IMG/VR virus record: IMGVR_UViG_3300042295_000410
Source of the DNA: an uncultured virus (IMG/VR IMGVR_UViG_3300042295_000410)
Taxonomy: Duplodnaviria > Heunggongvirae > Uroviricota > Caudoviricetes
DNA: 64,000 bases
Strand: one strand, 5' to 3'
Both the position numbers and the translations under genes were made by a program. Below the pieces are notes generated by a model. It was not told the origin of the DNA. It saw only the letters and a list, made by a program, of their open reading frames with translations, and did no database searches. This document shows positions 26,052 through 36,784 of the stretch, piece by piece. Each line of letters opens with the position of its first letter. Within the stretch, counting starts at the first letter, position 1.

Positions 26052-26375
26052 ATGATCAACATAACATCAAATGCTAAGACAAAGATTACAGACCTCCTAA
26101 TGGAGGAAAATAATCCAAAACTTGCCTTAAGAACCTTTGTACAAGGTGGCGGCTGTTCTGGATTTAGTTACGGATTTACCTTTGATGAAGAATTTAACGA
26201 AGATGATTTCCAATTTCCAATTGGTGAATTTAAAGTCGTAGTAGATGCTATGAGTATGCAGTATCTACAAGGTGCCGAAATTGATTACAAAGAAGATCTT
26301 TCCGGATCTAGCTTTTCAATAAAAAATCCAAACGCTCAATCCACTTGCGGCTGCGGCAGTAGCTTCTCCATTTAA
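26052..26375 (+). CDS. erpA: A-type Fe-S carrier protein (ErpA/IscA/HesB family)
   Basis: [22 protein letters not shown]; start revised. Confidence 0.9.
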   Translation: MINITSNAKTKITDLLMEENNPKLALRTFVQGGGCSGFSYGFTFDEEFNEDDFQFPIGEFKVVVDAMSMQYLQGAEIDYKEDLSGSSFSIKNPNAQSTCGCGSSFSI

Positions 26376-26453
26376 ATTTTGGTAAAATGTCCATTGACAC
26401 TGTTCCAAAAATGTTGTATAATTGTCTTATCGTAACACACTAATGAAACACAC

Positions 26454-27746
26454 ATGACAACTCCTTGCGATGCAGTAATCCGCAGTCTGGAAGAACACTC
26501 CAGCCGACTAAACAAAGAAGCAATCCTAGAAGCAGAAATCGACAACGTAGAGTTGTTTGAAGGCTTTCAACTGGCTCTAAGTCCATTTATTACATTTGGT
26601 GTAAAGAAAGTACCTACCAGCACAGGTGGTAGCGGACAGGGTCTGCCTTGGGTTGCATTTAAAGAACTGTGCGAACTTCTACGCACTCGACAACTAACAG
26701 GCGATGCCGCACGTGATGCAATCGAATTGGCATTGAGTGCAAGCACACAGAAGCAATGGAATGATTGGTATCGTCGTATCCTAATCAAGGATCTCCGTTG
26801 CGGTGTTAGTGAAAAGACTATCAATAAGATTAAGAAAGACGCTGTACCATTGTTCGAGTGCATGTTGGCTCACGACGGCGCCAACCACGAAAGCAAAGTC
26901 GCAGGTAAGAAACTGCTTGAGCCTAAACTGGACGGTGTTCGTGCTGTGTTGATTGTTGATGCCGATGCTAAGACTGCAACTGTCTACAGCCGCAATGGCA
27001 AAATTTTAGAAAACTTTGGACACATTACCAAAGGCATTGAAGATAACATCGAACTGTTTGATCGCAGTATTGTCATTGACGGTGAAGTGGTTAGCTCTAG
27101 CTTCCAAGCACTAATGAAACAGGTACATCGTAAAAGCGATGCAGATGCCAGCGATGCACGACTGATGGCCTTTGATGTTCTTCCACTTAGTGAATTCCGA
27201 AAAGGTAAAAGCATTCTGGGACAACGCCGTCGTAGTAATCTCCTACGCAGTATGCAGTCTGTACTGGATAAGATTGGGAACATTGATATTATTCCTCAAC
27301 TTGAAGTGGATCTAGACACAGCAGTTGGTGAAATGCAATTTAAACAATATAACAAAGATGCCATTGATGCAGGGTTTGAAGGCATTATGATCAAAGACAT
27401 TGATGCACCTTATGTCTGTAAGCGTCATGTGGCGTGGCTCAAACAAAAGCCATTTATCGAAGTAAGTTTAACCATTGTGGGCATCGAGCCAGGAACAGGT
27501 AAAAATGAAGGCAAAATGGGCGCAGTTATCTGCGAAGGCGAAGAGGATGGCAAGTTCATCCGTGTTAATGTTGGCTCTGGCTGGACAGATGATCAGAGAG
27601 CCGAAGTTGACGATGAGGTTATTGGTCAAGTCTTGGAAGTGCGAGCAGATGCAATTACTCGGAGCCAAGATAGTGAAGACGTATACAGCCTCCGATTTCC
27701 ACGGGCTCTTCGATTCCGAGGTTTTAAAGCAGGTGAGAAACTATAA
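26454..27746 (+). CDS. ATP-dependent DNA ligase
   Basis: EPKLDGVR, DGE, FD, EGIMIK, WLKQKP, SLRFP; promoter TTGACA-N17-TATAAT near 26394-26422. Confidence 0.95.
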   Translation: MTTPCDAVIRSLEEHSSRLNKEAILEAEIDNVELFEGFQLALSPFITFGVKKVPTSTGGSGQGLPWVAFKELCELLRTRQLTGDAARDAIELALSASTQKQWNDWYRRILIKDLRCGVSEKTINKIKKDAVPLFECMLAHDGANHESKVAGKKLLEPKLDGVRAVLIVDADAKTATVYSRNGKILENFGHITKGIEDNIELFDRSIVIDGEVVSSSFQALMKQVHRKSDADASDARLMAFDVLPLSEFRKGKSILGQRRRSNLLRSMQSVLDKIGNIDIIPQLEVDLDTAVGEMQFKQYNKDAIDAGFEGIMIKDIDAPYVCKRHVAWLKQKPFIEVSLTIVGIEPGTGKNEGKMGAVICEGEEDGKFIRVNVGSGWTDDQRAEVDDEVIGQVLEVRADAITRSQDSEDVYSLRFPRALRFRGFKAGEKL

Positions 27747-27747
27747 T

Positions 27748-27990
27748 ATGGATAAAGAAGCTGTTAAAAATTTAATGTTCGGAGGCTTCTGCGAGTTGGC
27801 CAGGGACGATCGATTCTACCACCGCAGTGCCGTAGGTCCAGAATACTGTTATTTTACTGATCGGGGCAAGATTGCCATAACGGACTTTATGATTCAAATG
27901 GCAGTAAATATACACAAAGCTGAAGTAGCTGATTTAGATAGGAGAGCTAAAGAAATGGTCATTAAAGGACTTAAAGGAGAAAGTGTTTAA
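27748..27990 (+). CDS. hypothetical protein
   Basis: Start revised to MDKEAV just after the ligase stop. Confidence 0.7.
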   Translation: MDKEAVKNLMFGGFCELARDDRFYHRSAVGPEYCYFTDRGKIAITDFMIQMAVNIHKAEVADLDRRAKEMVIKGLKGESV

Positions 27991-27992
27991 TC

Positions 27993-28211
27993 GTGGCTAA
28001 AGAAGATATGATCAGCCTTGAGGGCAGGATCGAAGAAGTACTACCCAACGCAATGTTTCGGGTAAGGTTGGAACAAGGTTCCGCAGTTCTGGGATTCATC
28101 TCGGGCAAGATGCGACAGAACAGAATTCAAATACTGTTAGGGGATAGAGTTAGGGTAGAAATGAGCCCATACGACTTAACTAAATGTCGTATAGTATATC
28201 GTTCAAAATAA
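27993..28211 (+). CDS. infA: translation initiation factor IF-1
   Basis: MAKED.I..EG...[11 protein letters not shown]...ISGKMR.N.I.IL.GD.V.VE.SPYDLTK.RI.YR. Confidence 0.95.
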   Translation: MAKEDMISLEGRIEEVLPNAMFRVRLEQGSAVLGFISGKMRQNRIQILLGDRVRVEMSPYDLTKCRIVYRSK

Positions 28212-28223
28212 AATTTGGGTCAT

Positions 28224-28253
28224 AAAAAAAGCACCTTACGGTGCTTTTCTTTT
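28224..28253. terminator. bidirectional intrinsic terminator
   Basis: AAAAAAAGCACC-TTAC-GGTGCTTTTCTTTT between convergent genes. Confidence 0.9.
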
Positions 28254-28764
28254 ATCCTAAGTAGTTGGCCCACGATGGGTGTGGTATATCCCACTTTTGC
28301 TGTCTACGCTTGTCTACTAATTGATAGTAGGTGGGCTTAACTGGCTTGTGCTTTGGCACAATCTTCTTGTCGTTACCCTTGTTTGCATTACAGCTCGCGC
28401 AGGCGCAGACAGTGTTTTCAAAGGTAGTCTTACCACCGTGACTAACTGGCAGCACGTGGTCTAACGTGGCTGTTTTACGGCTTACATCATCCCCACAGTA
28501 CTGGCATGTATAGCCATCACGAAGGAACACATTATGTTTGGAATAACGAATTGCAGTCTTGCGCTTTTCGTACTCGCGAAGAATCATAACGGCAGGAACC
28601 TGTGTTTCCCAGTTTGCACTATGCACGACCCAATTATCGTAGACATCTAACACAGTGGCTTTTTCAAGCACTATGAACTTAATAGATTCTTCCCAGGAAA
28701 TTGTGCTCAACGGTAGCCAAGAAATCGGGGCTCCGTCTGCATTTAACAATAATGTCGAACTCAT
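28252..28764 (-). CDS. HNH endonuclease (McrA-like)
   Basis: RDGYTCQYCG...TLDHVLP.S.GG...EN.V.AC..CN..K. Confidence 0.9.
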   Translation of the reverse strand: MSSTLLLNADGAPISWLPLSTISWEESIKFIVLEKATVLDVYDNWVVHSANWETQVPAVMILREYEKRKTAIRYSKHNVFLRDGYTCQYCGDDVSRKTATLDHVLPVSHGGKTTFENTVCACASCNANKGNDKKIVPKHKPVKPTYYQLVDKRRQQKWDIPHPSWANYLG

Positions 28765-28840
28765 TTACTACTTTCAAAGGTTGTTGTGACCCAGTATTTA
28801 TTATACAGTCATTTACCATAAAGAGCAACTAAATAGTCAT

Positions 28841-29128
28841 ATGAGTCACTCAACTTTTATACATTCCGGCATTGTAAACCCTGCCAAACCAAATATTACA
28901 GTAAAGGAGTCCGCAGATGCTGTTGATACAGTAACATTGGATATTCCATTACTTACTCGAATTTTAGAACTAGCCCGCGAGGACGTAAAATCGGATGCAG
29001 ACCTGCACTTTGTTATCACTAACATTTTGGCTATTAAGAACAAGGGTGTACTCACTATGCAAGATTATGACAAGATTCTAGAGAAACCGGATCAGTTAGA
29101 GTCAATTAGAAAACTAGCAGGATTATAA
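28841..29128 (+). CDS. hypothetical late protein ending in SIRKLAGL
   Basis: TAAATA 5 nt upstream. Confidence 0.75.
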   Translation: MSHSTFIHSGIVNPAKPNITVKESADAVDTVTLDIPLLTRILELAREDVKSDADLHFVITNILAIKNKGVLTMQDYDKILEKPDQLESIRKLAGL

Positions 29129-29130
29129 AA

Positions 29131-31830
29131 ATGACCATTCAAGTTATCAATACAGGTTCTAATGCAAACTCAGGCGACGGTGACAGCATACGATCTGCAT
29201 TTATCAAAGTAAATCAAAATTTTACAGAAATTGCCACACTGCTAGGAACAACTGGTACTGATTTTACAGAAGCAGTAGCAGACGCTGGTGCTACGCTATT
29301 AGTTCATAGTAGTCATAGTGGCATGACTGCTGTATATAATGATGCATTAAATATTGTTCAATTTACTGTAGCTGCCGGTCCTACCGGCCCTGCTGGGCCA
29401 CAAGGTGAGACTGGCCCAACTGGCCCTGCCGGTACCGGGGGCGGATTTTCAACCACGTCGTCTCTGGTTAACGGATCTTTTGTTACTAGTCTAAATAGCT
29501 TTGGAAACTTAGTAACTTCCGGTAATGTATTACCCAATGCTAGTAACCAATTTAACTTAGGATCTGACCTACGTAGATGGAATACCGTCTATGTTAACAC
29601 ACTTACCATTCGTCAAGCTATTGTTGTTGGAGGTTATGATAGTGACAATTATAGTAGAATACGTCACTTAGAATCAACTCCATTTACCGGAGGTGAATAT
29701 CGAGCATACGGATTCGCCTCGGCATACGAGCAATCAACAGTTTTAGTAAATGAAGATGCAAACATAAATCAAGTTTTATTTCTAGGGGATACGGGACCGG
29801 GTGATTCACAGACATTATTCGGTATCGGTGTTGCTGACAATTCATTTGAAACCTATACAGTCCCTACCACCGGACAGGAAACTACCTGGGTTAAAAAGTT
29901 AGAACTAACTGGACAAGGCAATCTATACCTAAACAGTGGAACGATACATGTAGCATCTACATCCATGTACTTTGACAATTACCAAGTATCTGTAGATCCA
30001 ACAACCGGAATTAGTATAGATGGTATTAGACAAGGAAGAGTAAATCCTGGTCAATTTGGAAGATTTGCACTCTACGGAACAACTAATAATACAGAAATTT
30101 CTCCTAGTTTAGCAATGTCTTACAATTTCGATAGTCAGGTAATTTTTATTGGTGGTGCTACCTCTAATACTGGTACAAGTGTTGCTTGGTCTAGAGAACT
30201 TTTTATACCAGGTGCCGCAGGTTGGTCATTTTCACAACACTTTGATCAACCAGATGCATTAGATTTTAGATGGGTTAGAACTAGAGGAACAGCAACTGCA
30301 CCAACACCTTTGTTAGAAAATGATAATATTGCAGAGCTTGTGTTTTCAACTCGAACTCCAACACAATTCATGGCTCCCGCAAGAATACACGTTCGAGTTG
30401 AAAACACAGGGACTTTCCCCACTGCCAAGTTTATGTTTTTTACTAACTCCGGAACTACTACTACTAGCATAGTTTCATCGGAGCTTTCATCAACAGGAAC
30501 ATTTAAGTTTACAAAGATAGGGTCACTGGCAACAGGTACAGACTTACAAGTGCAAAACAGTTTAATTCCAACAGATGATATAAGATTTGATTTAGGTAGT
30601 GCTGATAAACAATGGCGTAGTTTGTATGTTGGGACTAGCACCGTATATTTTGGCGGTATTCCTTTGCAAGTTACACTCGAAGGTGATATAAGTGTAAATG
30701 GTATTGTAGTTGCAAGTACCGGATCACAAGGACTAACTGGCCCACAAGGACCTGCTGGTGGTCAAGGAGCTGTAGGTCCAACTGGTCCTGCTGGTCCACA
30801 AGGCGTTCAAGGAGACGTGGGTCCAACTGGCCCTGCCGGTGGTCAAGGATCGGTAGGTGCAACTGGCCCTGCTGGTCCACAAGGCGTTCAAGGAGACGTG
30901 GGTCCAACTGGCCCATCCGGTGGCCCGCAAGGTCCACAAGGCGTTCAAGGAGACGTAGGTCCACAGGGGCCTACTGGTGCAACTGGCCCTGCTGGTCCAC
31001 AAGGCGTTCAAGGAGACGTGGGTCCAACTGGCCCATCCGGTGGCCCGCAAGGTCCACAAGGCGTTCAAGGAGACGTGGGTCCAACTGGCCCACAGGGTGT
31101 TCAAGGAGCTGTAGGTCCAACTGGTCCAACTGGACCATCAGGTGCTCAAGGAATTCCAGGCGATACAGGACCTACAGGTGCAGGCCCAACTGGTCCACAA
31201 GGACCATCTGGTGATACAGGACCTACTGGCCCATCAGGCGCCACTGGACCAGCAGGACCGGCAAGCGCAGTAGCAGGACCTTCGGGTCCTACTGGGCCAT
31301 CGGGACCCACAGGAGTCGACGGGGCCACAGGACCCACCGGGCCAACCGGGCCATCAGGACCTAGTGGAGCAAACGGCATAGGATTTATTGGACCATCAGG
31401 GCCAACTGGGCCAAGTGGTTCACAAGGCGTTCAAGGAAACGTAGGTCCAACTGGTCCACAAGGAGTAACTGGACCACAAGGACCACAAGGCGATACAGGG
31501 CCAACTGGCCCTAGTGCTTCTATTACGTGGTCAGTATCATCTACTGGAACTAGTGATTACGTATTCAGCGGACCCGGTGTAGTTGCAGGCAACACTAATG
31601 ATCCTGTGCTATATCTATACAGAGGATTTACCTATACTTTTATCAACACTACGGGTGGCAGTCATCCCTTTGCTATTAGAGTAAGTGACGGCGGCGCAGC
31701 TTATACTGACGGCGTTTCAGGCAGTCAAGCAGGCACACAGACATTTACTGTGCCAATGAATGCACCATCTACACTGTATTATCAATGCACTATCCATGGC
31801 GTAATGGGTAATGTTATCAACATAGTCTAA
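29131..31830 (+). CDS. tail fibre or baseplate-associated protein with long GPT/GPQ collagen region and C-terminal cupredoxin-like domain
   Basis: N-terminal G..ANSGDGD.IR.AF.KVN.NF anchor motif; Gly-X-Y repeats; HPF...[10 protein letters not shown]. Confidence 0.85.
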   Translation: MTIQVINTGSNANSGDGDSIRSAFIKVNQNFTEIATLLGTTGTDFTEAVADAGATLLVHSSHSGMTAVYNDALNIVQFTVAAGPTGPAGPQGETGPTGPAGTGGGFSTTSSLVNGSFVTSLNSFGNLVTSGNVLPNASNQFNLGSDLRRWNTVYVNTLTIRQAIVVGGYDSDNYSRIRHLESTPFTGGEYRAYGFASAYEQSTVLVNEDANINQVLFLGDTGPGDSQTLFGIGVADNSFETYTVPTTGQETTWVKKLELTGQGNLYLNSGTIHVASTSMYFDNYQVSVDPTTGISIDGIRQGRVNPGQFGRFALYGTTNNTEISPSLAMSYNFDSQVIFIGGATSNTGTSVAWSRELFIPGAAGWSFSQHFDQPDALDFRWVRTRGTATAPTPLLENDNIAELVFSTRTPTQFMAPARIHVRVENTGTFPTAKFMFFTNSGTTTTSIVSSELSSTGTFKFTKIGSLATGTDLQVQNSLIPTDDIRFDLGSADKQWRSLYVGTSTVYFGGIPLQVTLEGDISVNGIVVASTGSQGLTGPQGPAGGQGAVGPTGPAGPQGVQGDVGPTGPAGGQGSVGATGPAGPQGVQGDVGPTGPSGGPQGPQGVQGDVGPQGPTGATGPAGPQGVQGDVGPTGPSGGPQGPQGVQGDVGPTGPQGVQGAVGPTGPTGPSGAQGIPGDTGPTGAGPTGPQGPSGDTGPTGPSGATGPAGPASAVAGPSGPTGPSGPTGVDGATGPTGPTGPSGPSGANGIGFIGPSGPTGPSGSQGVQGNVGPTGPQGVTGPQGPQGDTGPTGPSASITWSVSSTGTSDYVFSGPGVVAGNTNDPVLYLYRGFTYTFINTTGGSHPFAIRVSDGGAAYTDGVSGSQAGTQTFTVPMNAPSTLYYQCTIHGVMGNVINIV
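30770..31130 (+). repeat. near-perfect nucleotide repeats encoding collagen units
   Basis: GGTCCACAAGGCGTTCAAGGAGACGT recurs five times. Confidence 0.85.
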
Positions 31831-31860
31831 TCAGTGTTAACTTACGAGTAAATACACATT

Positions 31861-32163
31861 ATGAGAGCAACTGAAATTATTCGTGGCGTACTGGATCTTA
31901 TTGATCAAGTTGAGTGCGCCCAACAATCTACACAGCAAGATCCGATCGGTGGTGCCTTTGCACAACTGTTTGCACAATTATCAGCAGAACCTGTAGAAGT
32001 TAAATCTGCTGGCATGTATGACAACAGTCCAGACGTGCATGTACAAGGCATTGACAGCGTGACCACAGCCGCAGGGCTAGGCGGACTAAACGGTCCTAAA
32101 AACCCTAGTGACATTAGATCAGACAGCGTAAGCATGTATCCAAACTTTCAAACCAAGGAATAA
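31861..32163 (+). CDS. hypothetical late protein (MRATEII)
   Basis: TAAATA 6 nt upstream. Confidence 0.75.
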   Translation: MRATEIIRGVLDLIDQVECAQQSTQQDPIGGAFAQLFAQLSAEPVEVKSAGMYDNSPDVHVQGIDSVTTAAGLGGLNGPKNPSDIRSDSVSMYPNFQTKE

Positions 32164-32165
32164 CA

Positions 32166-32456
32166 ATGAGTAGATATCACACCCTTTATGCTAGCAATAG
32201 CGCCACTCCAAAATTCACCACACTGCAAACAGGTGCAGCCAGTGTTAATACAGCAATTACCGCAAGACGTATTACTGTAGTAACCAACGGTACTAGCCAG
32301 TTCATGTCATTCGGTACAGGAACTGTTGCTGCAACGACTGCCAGCTGTGTAGTTCCTGCAAACTCTATGATGGATTTTAATGTTACTACAGGAACGCACG
32401 TTGCGTTTATCAGTCCAACGGGTTTAGGTTACGTTACACTTATCGACGCTGATTAA
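32166..32456 (+). CDS. small beta-rich putative virion protein
   Basis: AAGGA SD; composition. Confidence 0.7.
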   Translation: MSRYHTLYASNSATPKFTTLQTGAASVNTAITARRITVVTNGTSQFMSFGTGTVAATTASCVVPANSMMDFNVTTGTHVAFISPTGLGYVTLIDAD

Positions 32457-32458
32457 TT

Positions 32459-34171
32459 ATGGCGGTTGATCGCTATCAGAACAGCACAGCCTATGAACAT
32501 CCACAGGAGAGCAATCTTCTAAATATTCATAAGACTATGCAGTACAACAGCCAGGGGCAACCCGTGGCTCGTGTACATGTTGATGGTATCAATCTTGAAG
32601 GTGATGTTATTGTTGACACTGTAAGTTTAAGTACATCAACACTGGCTGCATTAGAAAGCATTAGTGTTCGTCAAGAAGGCACCTGGACAGTTAGCATAGG
32701 AACCAACGGACAAGTTGTAGTCAGCAATTTTACATCAACTGTAAATATTTCTTCTCTACCTGCTATCACAGGAACAGTCACAGTAAGTAATTTTACTTCA
32801 ACTGTATTTGTAAGCAATACACTGACAATCAGCAACACCAGTTTTGCTGTAACTAACTTTCCAACCACCTCCACAGTATACCAAGGTACAATACCGTGGA
32901 CTATAACTGGCACAGTTGCTATCTCAAGCCTTCCGGAAGTAGAGATTAAAAACGATTCAGGTAATCCTATACCCGTCAGTGGTACGGTAACTGCCACACT
33001 AACTGGCACTAACACATTTACATTGGGCACAGGATCTACTGATGCGTTTGGTAGACTGCGAGTCAGTGAGCCTTATACACTGTTTGACAGTAGAGCAAGA
33101 TATTACGACCACAATGATTTTAGCAGTAGCACCAGCACTGGCGGCACAGTGGTCTACGAAACAGACAGTTCTACATTTAGACTGGCAGTGAGCACAAGTA
33201 ATGGATCCAGTGTCATACGAGAAACCAAAAGAGTTTTTCCTTATCAGCCAGGCAAGAGTCTGCTGGTGTTGGCCACTTTTGCCATGAACACTCCCAAGGC
33301 CAACCTGCGTCAGCGTGTGGGATATTTTACCACCAACAACGGAGTCTATTTTGAAAATGATGGCGCATATAACTATTTGGTAATAAGAAGTTATAGTACA
33401 GGTGCGTTGGTTGAAGATAGGATAAGACAAGACGCTTGGGACAATCCATTCGCCGCATTAAATGTAGACAGGACACAGATATTTTGGACAGACATTGAGT
33501 GGTTGGGCGTGGGAAGTGTTCGCTGTGGATTTGTTGTCAACGGTGCTTATGTGCTTTGCCACACATTCCATCATGCCAATGTTGTGAATAATACCACCAC
33601 TTATATGACCACGGCTGTACTGCCAGTGCGTTATGAAATAACCAATACTGGAGCCACTGCTTCATCCAGTATGATGAGACAGATATGCTCCACTGTAATC
33701 AGCGAAGGTGGCTACAACGCATTTACCTACAGCGAATCAGCAGGACGTGGCACCAGTGTGTTGAGATTGGTCAATGCCGGAACATACTATCCGTTGGTCA
33801 GCATTAGATTGGCCAGCACAAGATTAGATGCTATTGTGTTGCCCAGACAAGTGGATGTGCTGAGTCCCACAGTGAATTACTATCGTTGGAGATTGGTGCT
33901 AAACCCTACCCTAACTGGTGCTACTTGGGCAGGAACCAGTACTTCAGGAACTGTTGAATATGACACGGCCGCCACAGGAGTTTCGGGCGGTATAGAACTA
34001 CAAACTGGTTATGTCAGCAGTAGAGAACTATCGGAACTAGGAGCAGATGCGTTTGCGTTTCAGTTAGGCAGAACATTGGCAGGAGTCAGCGATATTGTGA
34101 CACTAACTATGGCAGCAACATCAAACAACGCAGACGTGCTGGCACAAATTGGCTGGCAAGAAATTACTTAA
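32459..34171 (+). CDS. putative virion protein (DAFGRLRVSEP.TLFD...YQPGKS family)
   Basis: Motif recognition; Thr-rich stalk. Confidence 0.7.
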   Translation: MAVDRYQNSTAYEHPQESNLLNIHKTMQYNSQGQPVARVHVDGINLEGDVIVDTVSLSTSTLAALESISVRQEGTWTVSIGTNGQVVVSNFTSTVNISSLPAITGTVTVSNFTSTVFVSNTLTISNTSFAVTNFPTTSTVYQGTIPWTITGTVAISSLPEVEIKNDSGNPIPVSGTVTATLTGTNTFTLGTGSTDAFGRLRVSEPYTLFDSRARYYDHNDFSSSTSTGGTVVYETDSSTFRLAVSTSNGSSVIRETKRVFPYQPGKSLLVLATFAMNTPKANLRQRVGYFTTNNGVYFENDGAYNYLVIRSYSTGALVEDRIRQDAWDNPFAALNVDRTQIFWTDIEWLGVGSVRCGFVVNGAYVLCHTFHHANVVNNTTTYMTTAVLPVRYEITNTGATASSSMMRQICSTVISEGGYNAFTYSESAGRGTSVLRLVNAGTYYPLVSIRLASTRLDAIVLPRQVDVLSPTVNYYRWRLVLNPTLTGATWAGTSTSGTVEYDTAATGVSGGIELQTGYVSSRELSELGADAFAFQLGRTLAGVSDIVTLTMAATSNNADVLAQIGWQEIT

Positions 34172-34178
34172 ATACATT

Positions 34179-34619
34179 ATGAAAAAACTATTATTAACCC
34201 TATTATTAGCAGTGGCGGCAGTTCCTGCTCTAGCACAAAAGACACCTAAAGGTGCAACTTATGACGCACAGATTATACGTGTAAGCGACGGTGACACTAT
34301 TGTGATTGCAGCACCATTCCTTCCTGCTCCACTAAAGCCAGAACTAGCAGTTCGTATATTTGGTGTTGATACTCCGGAAAAAGGACACAGAGCACAGTGC
34401 CCGCAAGAAAACGAGAGAGCATTAGTGGCCAGCAAATTTACCACACATGCGATTCAATCCCACCCTAAACATCAAGTTATCATCTACGGTTGGGACAAGT
34501 TTGGCGGTCGCATTCTAGGAGACATCTTAGTCAATGGACAGAGCATTCGTCAAGGATTAATTGCCAACGGTCTAGCACGCGAATATTACGGCGATGCTAA
34601 ACAAAGTTGGTGTAACTAA
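34179..34619 (+). CDS. thermonuclease (SNase-like) with signal peptide
   Basis: RVSDGDTI, RIFGVDTPE, DKFGGRILG, GLA; start revised. Confidence 0.9.
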   Translation: MKKLLLTLLLAVAAVPALAQKTPKGATYDAQIIRVSDGDTIVIAAPFLPAPLKPELAVRIFGVDTPEKGHRAQCPQENERALVASKFTTHAIQSHPKHQVIIYGWDKFGGRILGDILVNGQSIRQGLIANGLAREYYGDAKQSWCN

Positions 34620-34757
34620 ACCACCTTAGGTCCGTTGTCGTAACGGTTAGCCCACCGGGCAGGCGTCCGTCTAGCAAACGTAAATTGCCGGCGTAATTAC
34701 ACTGCTGAGCCATAAAAAATTCGGCGCCGGATTAAGTAACCGGCAACTAAATACATC

Positions 34758-35048
34758 ATGAGAGCAAAAGAATTCACCATTAATGTACCTATTACCATTA
34801 CAATTAATGGTGATGAAGATCCTGTGGTTAATGCTGCTGGTCAAAACCCACCCGAGGAAGCCGATACAGAATTGCAGCAAAATCCTGTGATGATCAGCCC
34901 ACAGCAGCAAGAACTAGAACTTGCTAAAGCCGCAGCAGGCAAAGACAGCCCTGTTATAGACAAACTAACAGGTCAGGAAACAGTGGGCGAAGAGCCCCCT
35001 GAGCAGAACGACATTATTCAACAACTAAAAGCATTAATGTCAAGATAA
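34758..35048 (+). CDS. hypothetical late protein (MRAKEF)
   Basis: TAAATA 4 nt upstream. Confidence 0.75.
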   Translation: MRAKEFTINVPITITINGDEDPVVNAAGQNPPEEADTELQQNPVMISPQQQELELAKAAAGKDSPVIDKLTGQETVGEEPPEQNDIIQQLKALMSR

Positions 35049-35069
35049 CAGCATACGATAAATATCGTT

Positions 35070-36761
35070 ATGCCAATCTATAAAATACAAGCCGGTAGAA
35101 TAATAACTGTCAATTCTTACGACTGGGTAGGGGACAAGGGCACAATTTGGTATGATGAGACATTAGGGGACCTACGCATAGGTGACGGCGTTACCCCTGG
35201 CGGCAGATTACTGCAATTTAATGGTTCGGGTAGTGGCGTTACTATTACAGGCAGCGTATCTAATAGTACTCAATTGGAAACTAGTTACGCAGGCGATTCC
35301 GGTGATGGATTTATTGAAGAAGCCACTGGAAATTTATGGGTATGGGACGGGACAGTTTGGGTTGATGTAGGAAAAATACAAGGCCCTACAGGCTATACAG
35401 GTTCGCAGGGTAATATTGGCTATACAGGCTCGCGTGGAGATACCGGGTACACTGGATCTCAGGGAAATCTCGGATATACGGGCTACACAGGCAGTCAAGG
35501 TTTTACAGGTAGTCAAGGGAATGTAGGTTATACTGGATCAGTTGGTGATACTGGATTTACTGGTAGTCAAGGCAATACTGGATTTACTGGAAGTGCCGGT
35601 GTTGATGGATCAGTTGGTGATACTGGATTTACTGGTAGTCAAGGCAATACTGGATTTACTGGAAGTGCCGGTGTTGATGGATCAGTTGGTGATACTGGAT
35701 TTACTGGTAGTCAAGGCGATATAGGATTTACTGGAAGTGCCGGTGTTGATGGATCAGTTGGTGATACTGGATTTACTGGTAGTCAAGGCGATATAGGATT
35801 TACTGGAAGTCGTGGATATACTGGATCACAAGGTTTTACCGGATCACAAGGTGAATTAGGATTTACAGGTAGTCAAGGTGATCTAGGTTTTACTGGAAGC
35901 ATTGGATACTCGGGTTCACAAGGAGAATTAGGATTTACAGGTAGTCAGGGAAATGTGGGCTATGTGGGTAGTCGAGGTACTGACGGTACTAGTGTACAGA
36001 TTTTAGGTAGTACTTCTACCTACGCAACTCTCCCCGGGTCCTATCTAGGAAATATCGGTGATGGATACATTACATCTGATAATGGCCACTTAAACATTTG
36101 GGTCGGTGATGATTGGTTAGATGTTGGAAATATTGTAGGACCGCAGGGAGAGTTAGGGTATACTGGAAGTATTGGTTTTACTGGTAGCCAAGGCATAGAT
36201 GGATATACTGGTTCACAAGGCGATGTGGGCTATGTAGGTTCGAGAGGCAACGTAGGTTATGTAGGTTCGCAGGGAGAAAAAGGCGATGTGGGCTATGTAG
36301 GTTCACAAGGCGATGTGGGCTATGTAGGTTCGAGAGGCAACGTAGGTTATGTAGGTTCGCAAGGAGAAAAAGGTGATGTAGGCAGCGCCGGTGATCTAGG
36401 TTATACAGGTAGTATTGGATTCACAGGTAGTGCAGGTGTTGACGGTGTAATAGGACGTGATGGTTATACAGGTAGTCAAGGGGACATTGGCTATACAGGT
36501 AGTGCCGTAGAAGGTCTTGTTTCAGACGGTATCGGTTCTATTACTATACAATCGGGTTACACCCTAGTATTTCCAGATGGCTCGGGACAACTGTCAGCTG
36601 CACCTAGAATGTATACCAATGCAGATGCTGCAAACGGATTAAGCCTAAGCGATCTTAAACCCGGTGACTATTACTATGATGATGTCAATGCTGCTATATT
36701 CATTTGTTACGATACTGGATTAGGATATTTTGACATATTAGACTTGACAGTGAGAGCATAA
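35070..36761 (+). CDS. collagen-like fibre protein with G[FY]TGSQ repeats
   Basis: [11 protein letters not shown] anchor motif; Gly-X-Y repeats. Confidence 0.85.
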   Translation: MPIYKIQAGRIITVNSYDWVGDKGTIWYDETLGDLRIGDGVTPGGRLLQFNGSGSGVTITGSVSNSTQLETSYAGDSGDGFIEEATGNLWVWDGTVWVDVGKIQGPTGYTGSQGNIGYTGSRGDTGYTGSQGNLGYTGYTGSQGFTGSQGNVGYTGSVGDTGFTGSQGNTGFTGSAGVDGSVGDTGFTGSQGNTGFTGSAGVDGSVGDTGFTGSQGDIGFTGSAGVDGSVGDTGFTGSQGDIGFTGSRGYTGSQGFTGSQGELGFTGSQGDLGFTGSIGYSGSQGELGFTGSQGNVGYVGSRGTDGTSVQILGSTSTYATLPGSYLGNIGDGYITSDNGHLNIWVGDDWLDVGNIVGPQGELGYTGSIGFTGSQGIDGYTGSQGDVGYVGSRGNVGYVGSQGEKGDVGYVGSQGDVGYVGSRGNVGYVGSQGEKGDVGSAGDLGYTGSIGFTGSAGVDGVIGRDGYTGSQGDIGYTGSAVEGLVSDGIGSITIQSGYTLVFPDGSGQLSAAPRMYTNADAANGLSLSDLKPGDYYYDDVNAAIFICYDTGLGYFDILDLTVRA

Positions 36762-36784
36762 TAAAATAGGGTAAATATAATACT

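Noticed and set aside
27475..27747. Long overlap of ORF 27475-27990 with the ligase
   Set aside because: An ATG at 27748 directly after the ligase stop gives a normal gene
28252..28764. HNH (and GIY-YIG 9011-9349) as intron- or intein-borne homing elements
   Set aside because: Both are free-standing with their own promoters; no split gene or splice motifs nearby
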